From: Phyllobates terribilis
Lineage: Eukaryota
Direction of reading: 5' to 3'
NCBI RefSeq assembly: GCF_046119375.1
Contig: NW_027362772.1
Span: forward strand, 281,542,001 to 281,606,000
Length of the DNA stretch: 64,000 bases
Positions 37,190-49,806 of the stretch are shown piece by piece. The first letter of the stretch is position 1. Each line of letters begins with the position of its first letter. The translations under genes were made by a program, and so were the position numbers. The notes under the pieces were generated by a model that made no database searches, was not told the origin of the DNA, and worked only from the letters and a program-made list of their open reading frames with translations.

Positions 37190-38216
37190 CTAAAGGAATT
37201 AAAGGACAGAACTGTCAAGCTGGGTTCACACTTATGTGTCTGTGAAGGAAGAACGTTGGCCAACGCTAGATCCAAACCACCCTTTGATATAGCAAAGTAT
37301 TTTTGAAGTCCAAGCAAAAACTTGAAACTTGAAATTTACCAATTCTCTTCCCATTTCCCGCTTTCCAACACTCCCTTTTCGATGTTGTTCAATACTTCAA
37401 CTTCAACGGCCTGCTATGACATAGGGTGGACTCAAAAAAGGGGATGTGCTGGTACTGTAACTACACAGTGTATGGAGCTGTAATGTTCCAACTCCGTACA
37501 CTTTCGGTCACCATGATCGTGTGCCGTGTCGGCCCCCTACCGATCTGATATTGATGACCTATCCTAAGGCTGGGCCATCAATACCAAAGTCTTGGACAAC
37601 CCCTTGAAGCCTCCATGGTGGAATGCCATTTTCAATATCAGGGGACGGTGAATTTGGGTTGGCGTGTTCCCAAAGCTTAGACGTACCAAGCTCCATATCT
37701 AACAAAATGTTCACACAGATCTGCAGTGGGGGTATATGGTTTTGGGCCCAGCTTTGAAGTTGAAGTTGGGTAAGAGTCATGTTGCTTTAGCAAAGGGCTA
37801 CCCCTTTGCTAAAGCAACATGACTCTTACCCAACTTCAACCAACCTAGTTCAACTCATTCCCACCTCTAAAGACCAGGAACCATTTTGATTTTATTGTTT
37901 GGATAAAGGTTATACTGTCATATGTTTCTATACATTTACAGTTGAAATTGGCTTGTAGATGAGCCATTTTTGGGAGCCTAAATACTAAAGGGACACTGTG
38001 ATTCCTTGTAGGTTCTAAGTCATACTTCCCAGCTCTTCTGAAAGTCTGGGAGGCTCCCAGAAGAGTTGGCAGTCTCCAACAAGGCAATGCTTCCCCTAAC
38101 TTTTCTACTCCATATGCCCCAAAATTCAAACCCACATTCAGGGGGAAGGCAAAGGGGAGAGACATGAACAAGAAACGTGTGCTCTCATGTCCGTGGTATA
38201 TCCAAAATATCCTTAC

Positions 38217-38346
38217 ATTGCCTGCTGTGCCAGGGGCATTTCCTTTACTTGGTTCAAAGCGTCTGTTGTTTTGGTGGCAACATCACTGGCCAAGTCCTGC
38301 ACATAGTTGATTGTCGATGACAGGAAGGTTTCCTCCTCCGCAGAGG
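38217..38346 (-). CDS. apoc3: APOC3 exon 3 (ASAEEETFLSSTINYVQDLASDVATKTTDALNQVKEMPLAQQAI)
   Basis: Acceptor CTTTTTCTGTTCTGATCCCAG|, donor |GTAAGG; 130 nt, phase 1 to phase 2. DALNQVKEMPLAQQA matches human DALSSVQESQVAQQA. Confidence 0.9.
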
Positions 38347-39043
38347 CTGGGATCAGAACAGAAAAAGAAAAGTTAAAGCAGCAGAGTTATGGTAAGAAGT
38401 TCATTAAAGGTTTCATGGGTTAAGAAAGAACATTGGTAAAGATGCAAAAAGTTTCCTGTTGGTACCTCCCTTACTTCAAAATGCACAACTCCTTGGCTGG
38501 TAGTTATTGACATAGTTTGAGTAACTTTCATAAAAAAAAACTTTTCATGTGCCATAGGGATAAGTCAAGTTTTGATCGATGGGATTCTGAGAACTGAGAC
38601 CCCTACTGAAGACGTGCTCCATAGAAAGCACCCTCATCACCGTGACCTCCACCGATGAAAACTTCTGACATGACTTATCACACATTAAAAGTTTTTTCAA
38701 ATGGGTTGTACAGGACTAGAAAAACATGGTTGATGTCCTAGAGAAACAGCAACATCTGTCTATAGATGTCTGATATTGCAAGCTAGTCCTGTAGGAATGG
38801 ATGGGGCTGGGTGGCAATATGTGACAAAGGCTGGTTTCAGTGCTTTCGGAAGAAGGTAGTCATGTTTTTCTAATCCTGGCCAACCCATTTTTAGGGGTTG
38901 TCCTTCTTAATAGATTGAAAACCTACCCACAGGAATGGGGATAAATTTATAATCACTAAGGGTTTGACCACCGGCACCTTCACCGATCCAGAGAATCGGG
39001 GCCCCAAAGTCTCCTGAGTGAATAGATTAGTAGTGAACAAACA

Positions 39044-41471
39044 AATAAAGTTGCACTCTGTAGCGCTATTGCATGTAAACATGAAATATATGAATTTTGA
39101 ATTGCATTACCGCTCTAGATAATAAGAAAAAAATGTAGATGTTTAGCACATAATTTGGCCAATTCATGCATGCCCAGAAGCCAACAAGAAGGCGATCTCC
39201 TGTTGCTGGGAACCTATGGTACACTCACATCTGCGTATGAAAAGTAGCTGAGATTCTCAGTCAGAATATGTGGCGAGTGTCATGCGAGTGTCATGCATTT
39301 TTTTTCTCACCTAGTCTCACCTAGCATCCATATGCCATGTGTATGCAATCCGTATGCAATGTATTTTTAACATCTGATTTTACATACAGTAATTCTCTAT
39401 GTCATTTCAAGCAAGTTTTCTAACTAATAAAACAATATTATATACAGCTATAGATAGATTATAATAAGAAATATGTCAATGAGATATATAATTAGTGCTT
39501 TGCGTGTGTATTTTACTGTACATATATTTAGCTAATAATTAAATAAATTAAAGAAAAAAATGATGTGGGGTCCCCTTTATTATTCTTAACCAGCTGAGGG
39601 AAAACCAATAGCTGGGGGCTGATGTTTATAGTCTGGGAAGGGGGTAATAAACATGGAGCTTCTCAGATTATTAATATCAGCTCACATCTGTCTACTTAGC
39701 CTTTATCGGTTATTAACAAGGGGTGACCCCCCCCCACAAAAATGCCGTGGGGTCACCCCTACTTTTAACAACCAGCAAAGGCTGGGCAGACAGCTGCGAG
39801 CTGATATTAATAGCCTAGGAAGAGGCCCCTCCCAGACTAAGAACATCAGCCCTCAGTCACCCCAGAAATGGCGCATCCATTAGATGCGCCAGTTCTGACG
39901 CTTAGCCTCAGCTCTTCCCACCTTCCCTGGAGCAGTGGCAAGTGGGGTAATACTATTGGGGTTGATATCAGTTTTGTAATATCAGCTGACATCAAACCCA
40001 GGGGTTAGTAATGGACAGGAGTCTATAAGACATCTCCATTACTAACCCTGTCAATTTAAGAAAAAAAAACACACAGAGCAAAGTCCTTTATTGGAAAAAA
40101 AAAACACTCCCCAACCCTCTTTTACTCATTTATTAATATCCAAGTAAAAATAAAAAAGCAAAGAAATCCTTACCTGTCCGCTGATAATCCATATGTCCCT
40201 CGACGAGGCCAACTAAGCTACTTCTGGATGCTTCGCTGAGCGGTGACATAAAATGCCTGAGTGCTGAGGGCTGACGTCTGAAAGGTGACCGGAGTTCATA
40301 GCCGATGAACTCCGGTCACCTCACTGACGTCACCGCTCGCTGCGTGAGAAAGTTGTCACGTAGGTGAGGATTTCTTTGCTATTTTATTTTTATTTTGATA
40401 TTAATAAGTGGGTAAAATAGGGATGGGGAGTGTTTTTTTTTCAAATAAAGGACTTTGCTCTGTGTGTTTTTTTTTACTTAAACTGATGGGGTTAATAATG
40501 AGGGTGCCTTATAAAGGCCTCTCCATTAGTAACCCCTGGGTTTGATGTCAGCTGACATTAAAAAGCTGACATCAACCCCAACACTATTATCTTACTTGCC
40601 ACCGCATCTGGTCAAGTGGGACGAGCCGAGGCTAAGAGCCAGAATTGGCACATTTAATGGATGCACCATTTCTGGGGCAGCCGAAGGCTGATGATATTAG
40701 TCTGGGAGGGGGCCAATATTCATGGCCCCTTCCTAGCCTATTAAGATCAGTCTGCAGCTGTCTGCCTAGCCTTTGCTGGTAATTAAAAATAGGGGTAACC
40801 CCACATCATTTTTTGGGGGGGATCAAACCTTGTTAATAACCAGTAAAGGCTATATATACAGCTGTGAGCTGATATTAATAGTCTGGAAAGCTCCATGTTT
40901 ATTACCCCTATTCCCAGACTATAAACATCAGCCCCAGCTGTCGGCTTTCCTTCAGCTGGTTAAGAATAGTAAGGGGGACCCTATGCCATTTTTTTCTTTA
41001 ATTTATTTAATTAATAGCTAAATACATGTACAGTAAACTACACACACTGCTCTAATTATATATCTCACTGACACATTTCTATTTATCTATTTATCTATCT
41101 ATCTATTCTATTCTGACAGTTCACGGCTGTGATTTTACTGTACTTGGCTGATGAAATGTCAGCTTTCCTATGAGATGGTGCGTAAAAATCGCATGGCACA
41201 TGCATGGTCTGTGTGCAGTTTGATTCCTTATATGAATTGCAGCAGGATCCTACCTACCCATAAATGCAGGCTTCAGCCTAGGAGAGGATTCACATTAGAT
41301 AGGTCCCCAGCAAAAGGAGATCGCCTTGTTGTTGGCTGCTTGGCATACATGAATTGGCCAAATTATGTGCTAAGTATCTCCATTTTTTCTTATTATATAC
41401 AGCAGTAATGCAATTCAAGTTTCATATATTTCATGTTTATATGCTATAGCGCTACAGAATGCAACTTTATT
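39044..41471. mobile_element. Nested foldback (long inverted repeat) element in APOC3 intron 2
   Basis: Outer arms 39044-39217 and 41299-41471 are reverse complements; several hundred bp of inner arms (about 39540-40170 vs 40370-41010) are also inverted. Confidence 0.75.
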
Positions 41472-42431
41472 TATTTTGGCAGTCTTTTTGTTATTTATTG
41501 GTTAGTAGTGCCCATGTGTGACCACCACTCCATTCCCATTTCATCGCCCACTTCACAACTGTTGACTTTGGACCCTTGTTCTCGAGATCGGTGATCGGAC
41601 CACCAATGGTCATACATTTCTCACCTATGCTGTCAATAGGTGATGAATGTATATGGTAGAACAACCCCTTTAAATATTGGGTCCAGAAGTTCTGCTCATC
41701 CACGGTCAATAGTTCCTCCAGTTTGGCATACTAAGGGTGGGTTCCTGCAGAGCGAAAATGCTTTTCTGCATGTTTTCTGGATGTGTCCACACCAAAAAAT
41801 GCAATAGCCATCTGTACTATTTGTGGTGTATTTGTTGCATGTTTTTATGTTTGTGGGTGCGCAGAAATTTTTTAGTGCATAGGAAGGAAGACGGATCAGA
41901 AATATCTAGAAAATTCATCTCAACACCATTACTACTAAGTCAGCTGCAATGTTCTTCCCTCCAGACCTCAGACATGAATCAACCTCTGGATTGCAAAACT
42001 TTGTGTACAACATTAGGAAAGTCAGATGAGAGTTCATGAGTCACAGTCCGACAAGAGGAAGTCAGCAAAGGGTTATTAGGAGATGCAAGAACATGGAGCA
42101 CTGGCCGTGACCTAAATCATCAGCTTAGCGGGTACCTGAACTTTTACATGATTTCTTGATAGGTTGTAGCCTCTGTAAAGTGATGTTGATCGATGGCGGT
42201 CTGGGTTCTTGTATCCAAACCCATCACTCAAAACACTCAGCTCATGCTTGAGGGCGCTTCAAGGGTTGTACGGACCCTCGGAGGTGGTACACCACACCCT
42301 AAGCACTTCACAACTATCCACATGGATCAACAATACTTTATATTAGCTTTAACTTATCAAAAAAACATATAAAGGTTGAGTTACCCTCAAAACTTTTCTT
42401 TAAGTTGCAATATAGTGGAAGAAGTTCTCAC

Positions 42432-42480
42432 CTGCACAGACTGCAAGGACGAGCAGAGCAGAGATCACCAAGAGTTTCAT
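42432..42480 (-). CDS. apoc3: APOC3 coding exon 2, signal peptide MKLLVISALLVLAVCA; full protein 92 aa
   Basis: Exon 42432-42501 with acceptor TTTTCTTCACAG| and donor G|GTGAGA. CDS 49+130+100 = 279 nt. Confidence 0.9.
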
Positions 42481-43139
42481 GTTTAGGTTATTATGGCGGA
42501 CCTGTGAAGAAAAAAGAAAAACATCATAGCACGAAACACAAAAATATAACATATAAGGGGAAAAAAAGTTGATTTGCTAGCTATTTTTAACATATGGGAA
42601 AACAAAAAATCTGCATCCAAATCCAGAACGGCAAAATCAGCACCAAATCATACAGATTTTGTTGCAAAGGATGAAATCAGCAATTAAAATTTTCTCTGCA
42701 GAGTTTGGATAAGATTTTACAAACTTTCTTAAATCTCATCTATAATTGTGGAGCTGTAATACTGAATTTTCTACATGAGAAAATGCTGTCGATGATCTGC
42801 TACATAGCAGTCCAGAGTGGGTCCAGAGTGTCACTAGCATTTATCTGCGGCACTGCTGACTGGTACCTGTATAAATTATTATGCAGCAAAATTTACAGTG
42901 GAAAAATCAGCACAAAATTGTACAGAATTTGTTGCGTTGCAAAAAAGTGAAATCTGCAGTTAAAATCCTCAGTGTAGTCAGTTTCCGCTGCAAATTTGTT
43001 TGTTTTTTGCACCATATGGATGAGATTTTTGGAAATTTTGTGAAATCTGATCCACAATGCCGGTACCGTCCGAACCCAAAATTATTAATATAATTCTACT
43101 TATAGGAAAATTATTGGCACAGATTTAAAGGCAACTCAC

Positions 43140-43207
43140 CAGTTCAATGCTGCACCTCGAGCTCAGTCCAGTCTCTTGGTCCAATATACAGGTGCTAGTG
43201 TTATATA
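43140..43207 (-). promoter_or_regulatory. apoc3: APOC3 TATA box (TATATAA, 43201-43207) and non-coding exon 1 (about 43140-43175)
   Basis: TATATAA followed on the minus strand by a short exon ending CTG|GTGAGT at 43139. Confidence 0.7.
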
Positions 43208-46200
43208 GGCTGTGTCCGCTGAAGGGAGGGAGGAGGAGGAGAGGTGTGCAGAGAAGGGGTGAAGGTTGCAGAGCGAGATCAGAAAGCGTGCGGCTGGAAC
43301 TGCTGACTCTGGTGTCGAAGAGATAGGAAAGGATCAACTGATAGGAAATAATCTCAGAGCCTAGACTGGTATATTTTACTTATGTGATGGTATTTATCAT
43401 ATTTTGCAGCAATTTCTGCAAGTTTTAGACAAATTCCTGGGCTTTGGGAACATTTTGCGAAAAGGAAATAAATATACAAGTAAGAAACCACCAGAAAATG
43501 GTCATTTGCACATCAATGTTTTGGTATTTTGCATTTTAAATACCCCTTTATAAAATGAAGCATTGCAAATAAATAGCCGCCTAAAGCATAGGATCCCACA
43601 CTAAGGAGATCCGTATACCTAACATGGCATAAGGAAGGAGCTCATCTTTCCATATGTTGCATATATATGGGTTACGGTCAGTCGGCTCACCTCTCCTCTT
43701 ACTGGCCATTGGTGTCCTCCATCATTGCGACACTTTATCTGTGGATCACAAGGGCTCCAGCCAATGCCTCTCAGCGGTTAGCAATATTACTTTGCAGCAC
43801 TGGGGTCCTGGCTTCAAATCCCATCAAGGACATCATCTTCAAGGAGTTTGTATATTCTTCTTGTATTTGTGTGAGTTTCTCTGAGGTTCTCTGGTTTTAT
43901 CCAAAGACATACTGATAGGGAATTTAGACGGTGAGCCCCATTGGGGACAGCGATGATGATGACCTCATTCTCTAGTCTGTCACCTACTTTATCCTCAGGA
44001 CCTCCCTTCCTTTGCATATGGTAGAACTCTGCCAGCTCCAACCTTTGGGCCGCCTGACCACATTCACGTCAATTGCCACAGTACCACAACTTGGATTCTT
44101 CTGCTGTCTATGTGTTAACTGTCACAAATGGAGACTACTGATGGCAACAACAAGTCTACAAGCCCTGGAAGTGGTTAAGGTTGAAGAATGCAAAATCGCA
44201 TTGATTCCAGTTCTTGGTTTAGCTCTACACCAAATTTGTTAGTACAATGGGTCCATGAGAGGAATGGGTCCATGCATCCAGTTGTTCATCATTACGCATT
44301 TGACATGCTGAAGTAAAAGTCTTTGGTTAAATGGGTCACTAAGTGAGATGTTCCTCTAATTTGGCTACCATGGGACCTTTCAGAAGTCAGATGATCAAAA
44401 GATTAAGAGATCTGGGATGGAGACGAAATGTTACTTGTGGCTTCTCTCTATGGTACAAATAATAACATCTAGAAATCTGACCATACGCAATTGCATTGGG
44501 ACCAACAGAAATCTTCTCTCCTTAGGTGTTGGTCCAAAAACTATGGTGGTGCATCATCAATGCATGTCGCCAGCCCCTCTGTAGTTCTGTGACTAGAGCT
44601 GGTGACCTGGTGGGGTATGGGCCTCCAGGTGTTGAGTGCCAGGGTGGTCACCAACAAGGCACTCTGACTTGGCTAGAGTTTTCAGATAACAAGGTTAGGG
44701 TAGCAATCTGAATCGTTACCCAAGGTGAATAAGGACCTAACTACATCTCTACTGTAGGATCATATGAGGTGTAATGGTTAATCATGTATTTCATGAAATC
44801 CCTCCAGGGTCCTTATTGATTCCCCCAAAAATCAAGTATTCTGTGGATAGGGGATAATTTGCTGATCGCTAGGAATCCTACTATTGGGACCCCCAGAGAT
44901 CCAGAGATTGGGGCTCCGGAACCCTGAGAACGGGGCTCTAGAGCCCCATCCTGAATGGAGTGGAAGTGCACATGTTTGACCTCTGCTACAATCATTGCCT
45001 ATGGGATTTATGGAGATAGTGGTGTGCAGTGCTCAGTAGACCCATAAACATTGGATAGAGAGGAGGTCATGCATGCACACCTTCACTCTATTCAGGATGG
45101 GGCTACAGGGGATGACTTCTAAATGTCTGATATGGGATTCCCTTTAGAGTAAATTGAAAACTTAATTTAGCATAGAAACCGTATTGTAAAGGTCTAAGGC
45201 TAGGTTCACATCTATACATTGCTGAGTTGGGGGTTTCCATCTAATTCCCTGACAAAAAAGATTCAGTCAGAACTCCTGATGGAGCCGTTCCGTTTAATTG
45301 GGCTGGTGTCCCTCTTCTTAGGGGGACAAAAAAGCATAGTACACCCTAGTCTATTGTGTCCACCTCAAAAAACAGATGGTCATCATGGGAACTGAAGTCA
45401 AACAGAGTCAAAAGTGACTCCGTCTACCTCGTTATACTGAAAGCCTTCATTGAGGCTTCATCAGAGGTTCCAGCTGAATCCCATTTTTTTGAGATTTTGA
45501 CAGAAACTCCAAAGCAAGTGCTCAGTGTAGAGCGTTGTACAGATGTGAACCTGGCTTGCTCCATCTGGATGGCCACTTGACTTATGTCATTTCATTAGAG
45601 TTGGTGCAAATTACTTTCCAGGACCTGGTCCAGCGTTCATGTCGATAATCTATAGTTGCTAGATGAGAACCCTGAGTGCTGCCTCCAACCTCCCAACATC
45701 TGTGGCTCTTTTTGCTATTAGACAACCTGGCCAGATGTCACATGTGCATCATGCTGCAATATTACGCCACGCCGGCTACTCAAGAGAAGAGTCGCGGATA
45801 CCGACCTGTAGGAAGAGCTTCTCACAGCTCCTCTCCAGCAAACACAGATCATTGACGTGGCTGATTGACCGGGTCCTGGGAATCGATTTGCACCATCTCT
45901 AAATTACATACATGTATTAAGACTATTACACATTTTGTGATGTTGGAGTTAATCTGAACTTTATGTATTCGGCAGATACTTTGCCCTCATGGAAGGTGAG
46001 CAGACTTTGGTACGGGATACACATCACAGCTTCTAACTACATGGAGATAAGACTCTGTGCTAACAACATATTTATCTCAGTCCGTCCATAACCTGATACG
46101 GCCCAGATCCACGTATATGGCACGGAAAGCCCCATAGTCCAGTAATGTGTACCACCGCTACAATATCATCTGATAATGCTATACATTATTTTAGAAAACT

Positions 46201-47345
46201 AGACATAAAAGTGATCACCATTTCCACAGAGTTCACACCAGGCTACTGCAGCTCCAAATGCCATATTAACAGCCTAAAAGAGGTCAAAAATAGATTTACT
46301 ACAGAATCCGGCAATCACGCGCTCACCAGCTGCTCTTCTGCAAGGGGGCAATAAAAACTTGAGTCAAGACCACATCTGCATGTAGTAAATTGCTGTTTGC
46401 ATTTGCTGAGAATGGATATTAGACCTTGTTCAGACCAAAAAGTATCTGTATTACGGCCTCAGGTCCTGGCCCAACGGATTTTATGACCGCAACTAACGAT
46501 ATTATAGGGTTCTTGCCAAGACTTGAGGGCGTAATATGGATGCTAAAATGCCCCCAAATGAGTCTTTCATCCGTCGACTGGAAGGAAAGTTGGTTTTATC
46601 CATCTACAGAGCCATAGATAATATTTTGCCACTCAATAAATATATATACTGTGGCACTCACCGCCGATGATGGCCATAGGATTTAACAGATTGGAGCATC
46701 TTCCTTTCCTTTCCATTGGTGTAGCATGTTCCAGCACCAATGATAACAGTGCTGTGTCCAATCAAAAGTCTGCAAAAAAAAAGCTTTAAGAAATAATGCT
46801 TTAAAAATTAAACAAAAAACTCCTCCAAAAACTCTCCAAGGCAATATGCACACAGGGTCTGTAGAGAAACTTAGTGGAAACTGGACAGAAACTCTCCAAA
46901 TACTAAAAAAAGATAGTAATCGTGTGAATTGAGGCCAAACAGAGTCCAAAGTGTCGAAATCATCCTGAAAACGTTGAGTTTGTGCTCAGCAAATAGACTC
47001 AGCGTGCACATCGCCCCAAAAAGTAGCATTTTCTGAGGTGGTTTCTACTAGAAAACTCGTAGTTTTTTGAACATTCCCAAAGAACTCTGTGTGCACGTAC
47101 CTTAAGGATATGTTCACACTGCGTCATTTTCCTGCAATTTTTGTGCAGAAAAAGATCAGACAAAAATGCTCAAAAGAACAGATGTATTCATTTCCATGTT
47201 AAAATGATTTGCTGTTCACATGTTCAGGCTTTTGTGCAGCTTTTAAATGCTTCAGGCTTCTTAAAAGAAGTATCATGTCTATTCTTCTGACATTTATCGC
47301 TAGGAAAAGGCTCAATACTTTACAATGTAAGTAAAAGGCTTAAAA

Positions 47346-48004
47346 TCTAATATATATAATCGTCTTATCCCGTCTGTCTGTCTGTCTGTCCAGGAAATCC
47401 TGCGTTGCTGATTGGTCCGGCCGCGGCCAATCAGCGACGCGGGATTTCAGAAAAAGATGGCGGCCGTTAGCGGCTCATCTGCGGGACGGAGGTCAGCGGC
47501 AATGGAGCCGGGAGATGAGCGGCGATTTTGGCGCCAAATTTAAACACCACTCTGCTGATTGGTCCCGGCCGCGACCAATCAGCGAGATTGGCGCCAAGTT
47601 TAAACACCGCTCTGCACAGAGGTCAGCGGCGATGCAACCGGGAGATGAGCGGCGCTAACAGCATAAGTACCCCGACCTGCGGCGCCGCTGACCCCTATGT
47701 GGCTACCGTCGGGAGATCAGCGGCTTGGCCCGCTGATCTCCCGACGGCAAGTGTGAAGGGAGGGACGGCGCCGCTGCCCGGTCCTCAGTAATACGGTTCG
47801 CTGATTGGTCGCGGCCGGCGGCAGCGACCAATCACCGATTTTGGCGCCAAATTTAAACACCGCTCTGCTGATTGGTCGCGGCCGGGGGCCACGACCAATC
47901 AGCGATTTTGGCGCCAAATGTAAACACCGCTCTGCTGATTGCGCCTGGTCAGCCGCATACATGTTCTAGAATACCCGATGCGTTAGAATCGGACCACCAT
48001 CTAG
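47346..48004 (+). mobile_element. Non-autonomous Helitron
   Basis: A|TC 5' end, CTAG|T 3' end, subterminal hairpin CCGAT-gcgttaga-ATCGG, (TCTG)n near the 5' end, no TSD. Confidence 0.8.
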
Positions 48005-48874
48005 TAGTTTTATAAAATCCCTTTCCATAAGTTTTATTATGGCTCTTGATGTTCCGAAAAAGCAGCACCAGTCCCACACTGAATCCAGAGGACAGGTGAT
48101 AAAGGAATATTCTAGTCTGTAGAAATTAAGTGTCAATAAAATGCTAAATCAATACTAGCTAATATCAGATACGAGGGTCTGTAGTAACACTGGTATCATC
48201 ATATCCCTATGATGCTCCGGGCGCTGTGTCCCCGGTGATCTCATGACATTATTATGACAAGTGAACACTGCAGCCAATGATGGGCTGCAGCCTTCACAAT
48301 TCCATTATATTGGATGAAAATAAAATCTCATGATGTCTAACTCCTTGGGATCAAAACTGTAAACCCTTCACGTAGATTTATATCTAGCAAATATTTTCTC
48401 AATTGCTGGGATTGTCAATTAACTTTGTATTCTTCCAAATACCAGTACAGACCACAAAGTAATTCCATGTATTCTGTTAGTACAAAGTGATCAATTTGTA
48501 GAATTTTTCTTTTTTATTAGTTGACCTCGTTCCGTCAGTAAACAGATTATTCAGACTAGAATCTTGGCCCGGATTGTACCCCTTGTTATTGTGAATGTCC
48601 ACAGATGTGACCCGAAATAACCTCCGGCTCACAGACAAGGAGTTTTTTGTTACGATGGACACTTGTTATTTTTTTCTTTTGTGTGTGTTAACAACTAAGC
48701 AGTTTTTGAACAAAAACAAAAATTCATCCCCCGACCTCCCCCTCCACCACCACCACCACCACCGTCCGTCATCGTGACTGTGACTCAGTGTCCAGGGTTT
48801 ACAGAACTAATCAAACTTCCAGCATCACTCGGAAAATAGGAACACGTCAGGAATTCCACGTTGTAAAGTTGATC

Positions 48875-48962
48875 TAAAGTCCAGGACGCTGCCTTGAAGA
48901 TAGTCTACTATAAAGGACGGCTCGGGGTTTCTACTCATCATCGTCAGACACCCGGAGATCCG
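48875..48962 (+). promoter_or_regulatory. apoa4: APOA4 promoter (HNF4-like TAAAGTCCA, TATAAA at 48909) and putative non-coding exon 1 ending at 48962
   Basis: TAAAGTCCA at 48875-48883; TATAAA at 48909-48914; donor CCG|GTAAGG at 48963. Confidence 0.65.
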
Positions 48963-49118
48963 GTAAGGAAACTAGGGCAGAGCAGGGCAGCCAAGACCCA
49001 AAATATGGAAGGGGGTTTGGTGGAATTTATAGAAGATCAGCTTATTTTTACTCATGACCACCCTTTCTTTTTATAGTTTTAAAACTCTGAGAAACTTTGC
49101 CCCATCCAAAGGTTCAAT

Positions 49119-49167
49119 ATGTTGGCGAGGGTGACAGTGGTGGCGCTGGTTTTGTGCACAATCACAG
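49119..49167 (+). CDS. apoa4: APOA4 first coding exon, MLARVTVVALVLCTIT(G)
   Basis: 49 coding nt, phase-1 donor G|GTCAGT, signal-peptide composition; candidate acceptors at 49076 or 49111. Confidence 0.88.
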
Positions 49168-49806
49168 GTCAGTATTGGTTGTGTGGTTCTGGATGATCTG
49201 TAGTTGTCTGATGGGAGGATGTGAATATTTATATATATATAAATAATAAATATATATATACAGAGAGAGAATAATGGCACTGAAAGGGGGTGTCCACTTT
49301 GGCTTTATTTTAACAAAATGTATTTTAGGACTTGTCTTACTTATATGTAAGATATGCAGGATATCTTTCTTCATCACAGATGTCTTATTCCCAGAATGGC
49401 TGCCGATGGAGGAGCAAGTGACCAGACCTGTCAATCAGCCTCCTCCAATTACAAAACACTGCACATAGGAAAGCTGTTTTTCGATTGGACGAGACTGATC
49501 AGCAGGGGCGTAGCTATAATATATGTAGGGGTTGCAATCGCACCGGGGACCTGGAGCCTAGGAGGCCCAAGAGGTGCCTTTGGCCCATATGAAAAGATCA
49601 TTACTAATATAGACTTGCATTAATAAGGGGCCCCGTTGGAGCTTTGCTTTGGGGCCCATGAACTTCAAGTTACTCCATTCTTGATCAGGTCTACTCAACT
49701 GCTTCTCCATCAACTACATTTTTTGAGAATAGGAGAGCTGTGCAGTTTGTGAGGAAGGCTCCGCTAACAAGGGGTAGACAATCTGTAATAATTAATGCTA
49801 CACTAT

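Noticed and set aside
43250-43270. HNF4/DR1-like site AGGGGTGAAGGTTGCA upstream of APOC3
   Set aside because: Half-sites are too degenerate to call without motif scoring or conservation data.
43960-46400. Possible decayed LINE or DIRS coding remnants (also about 20500-21100)
   Set aside because: Only stop-riddled fragments with vague resemblance; no diagnostic motif or termini could be fixed by eye.
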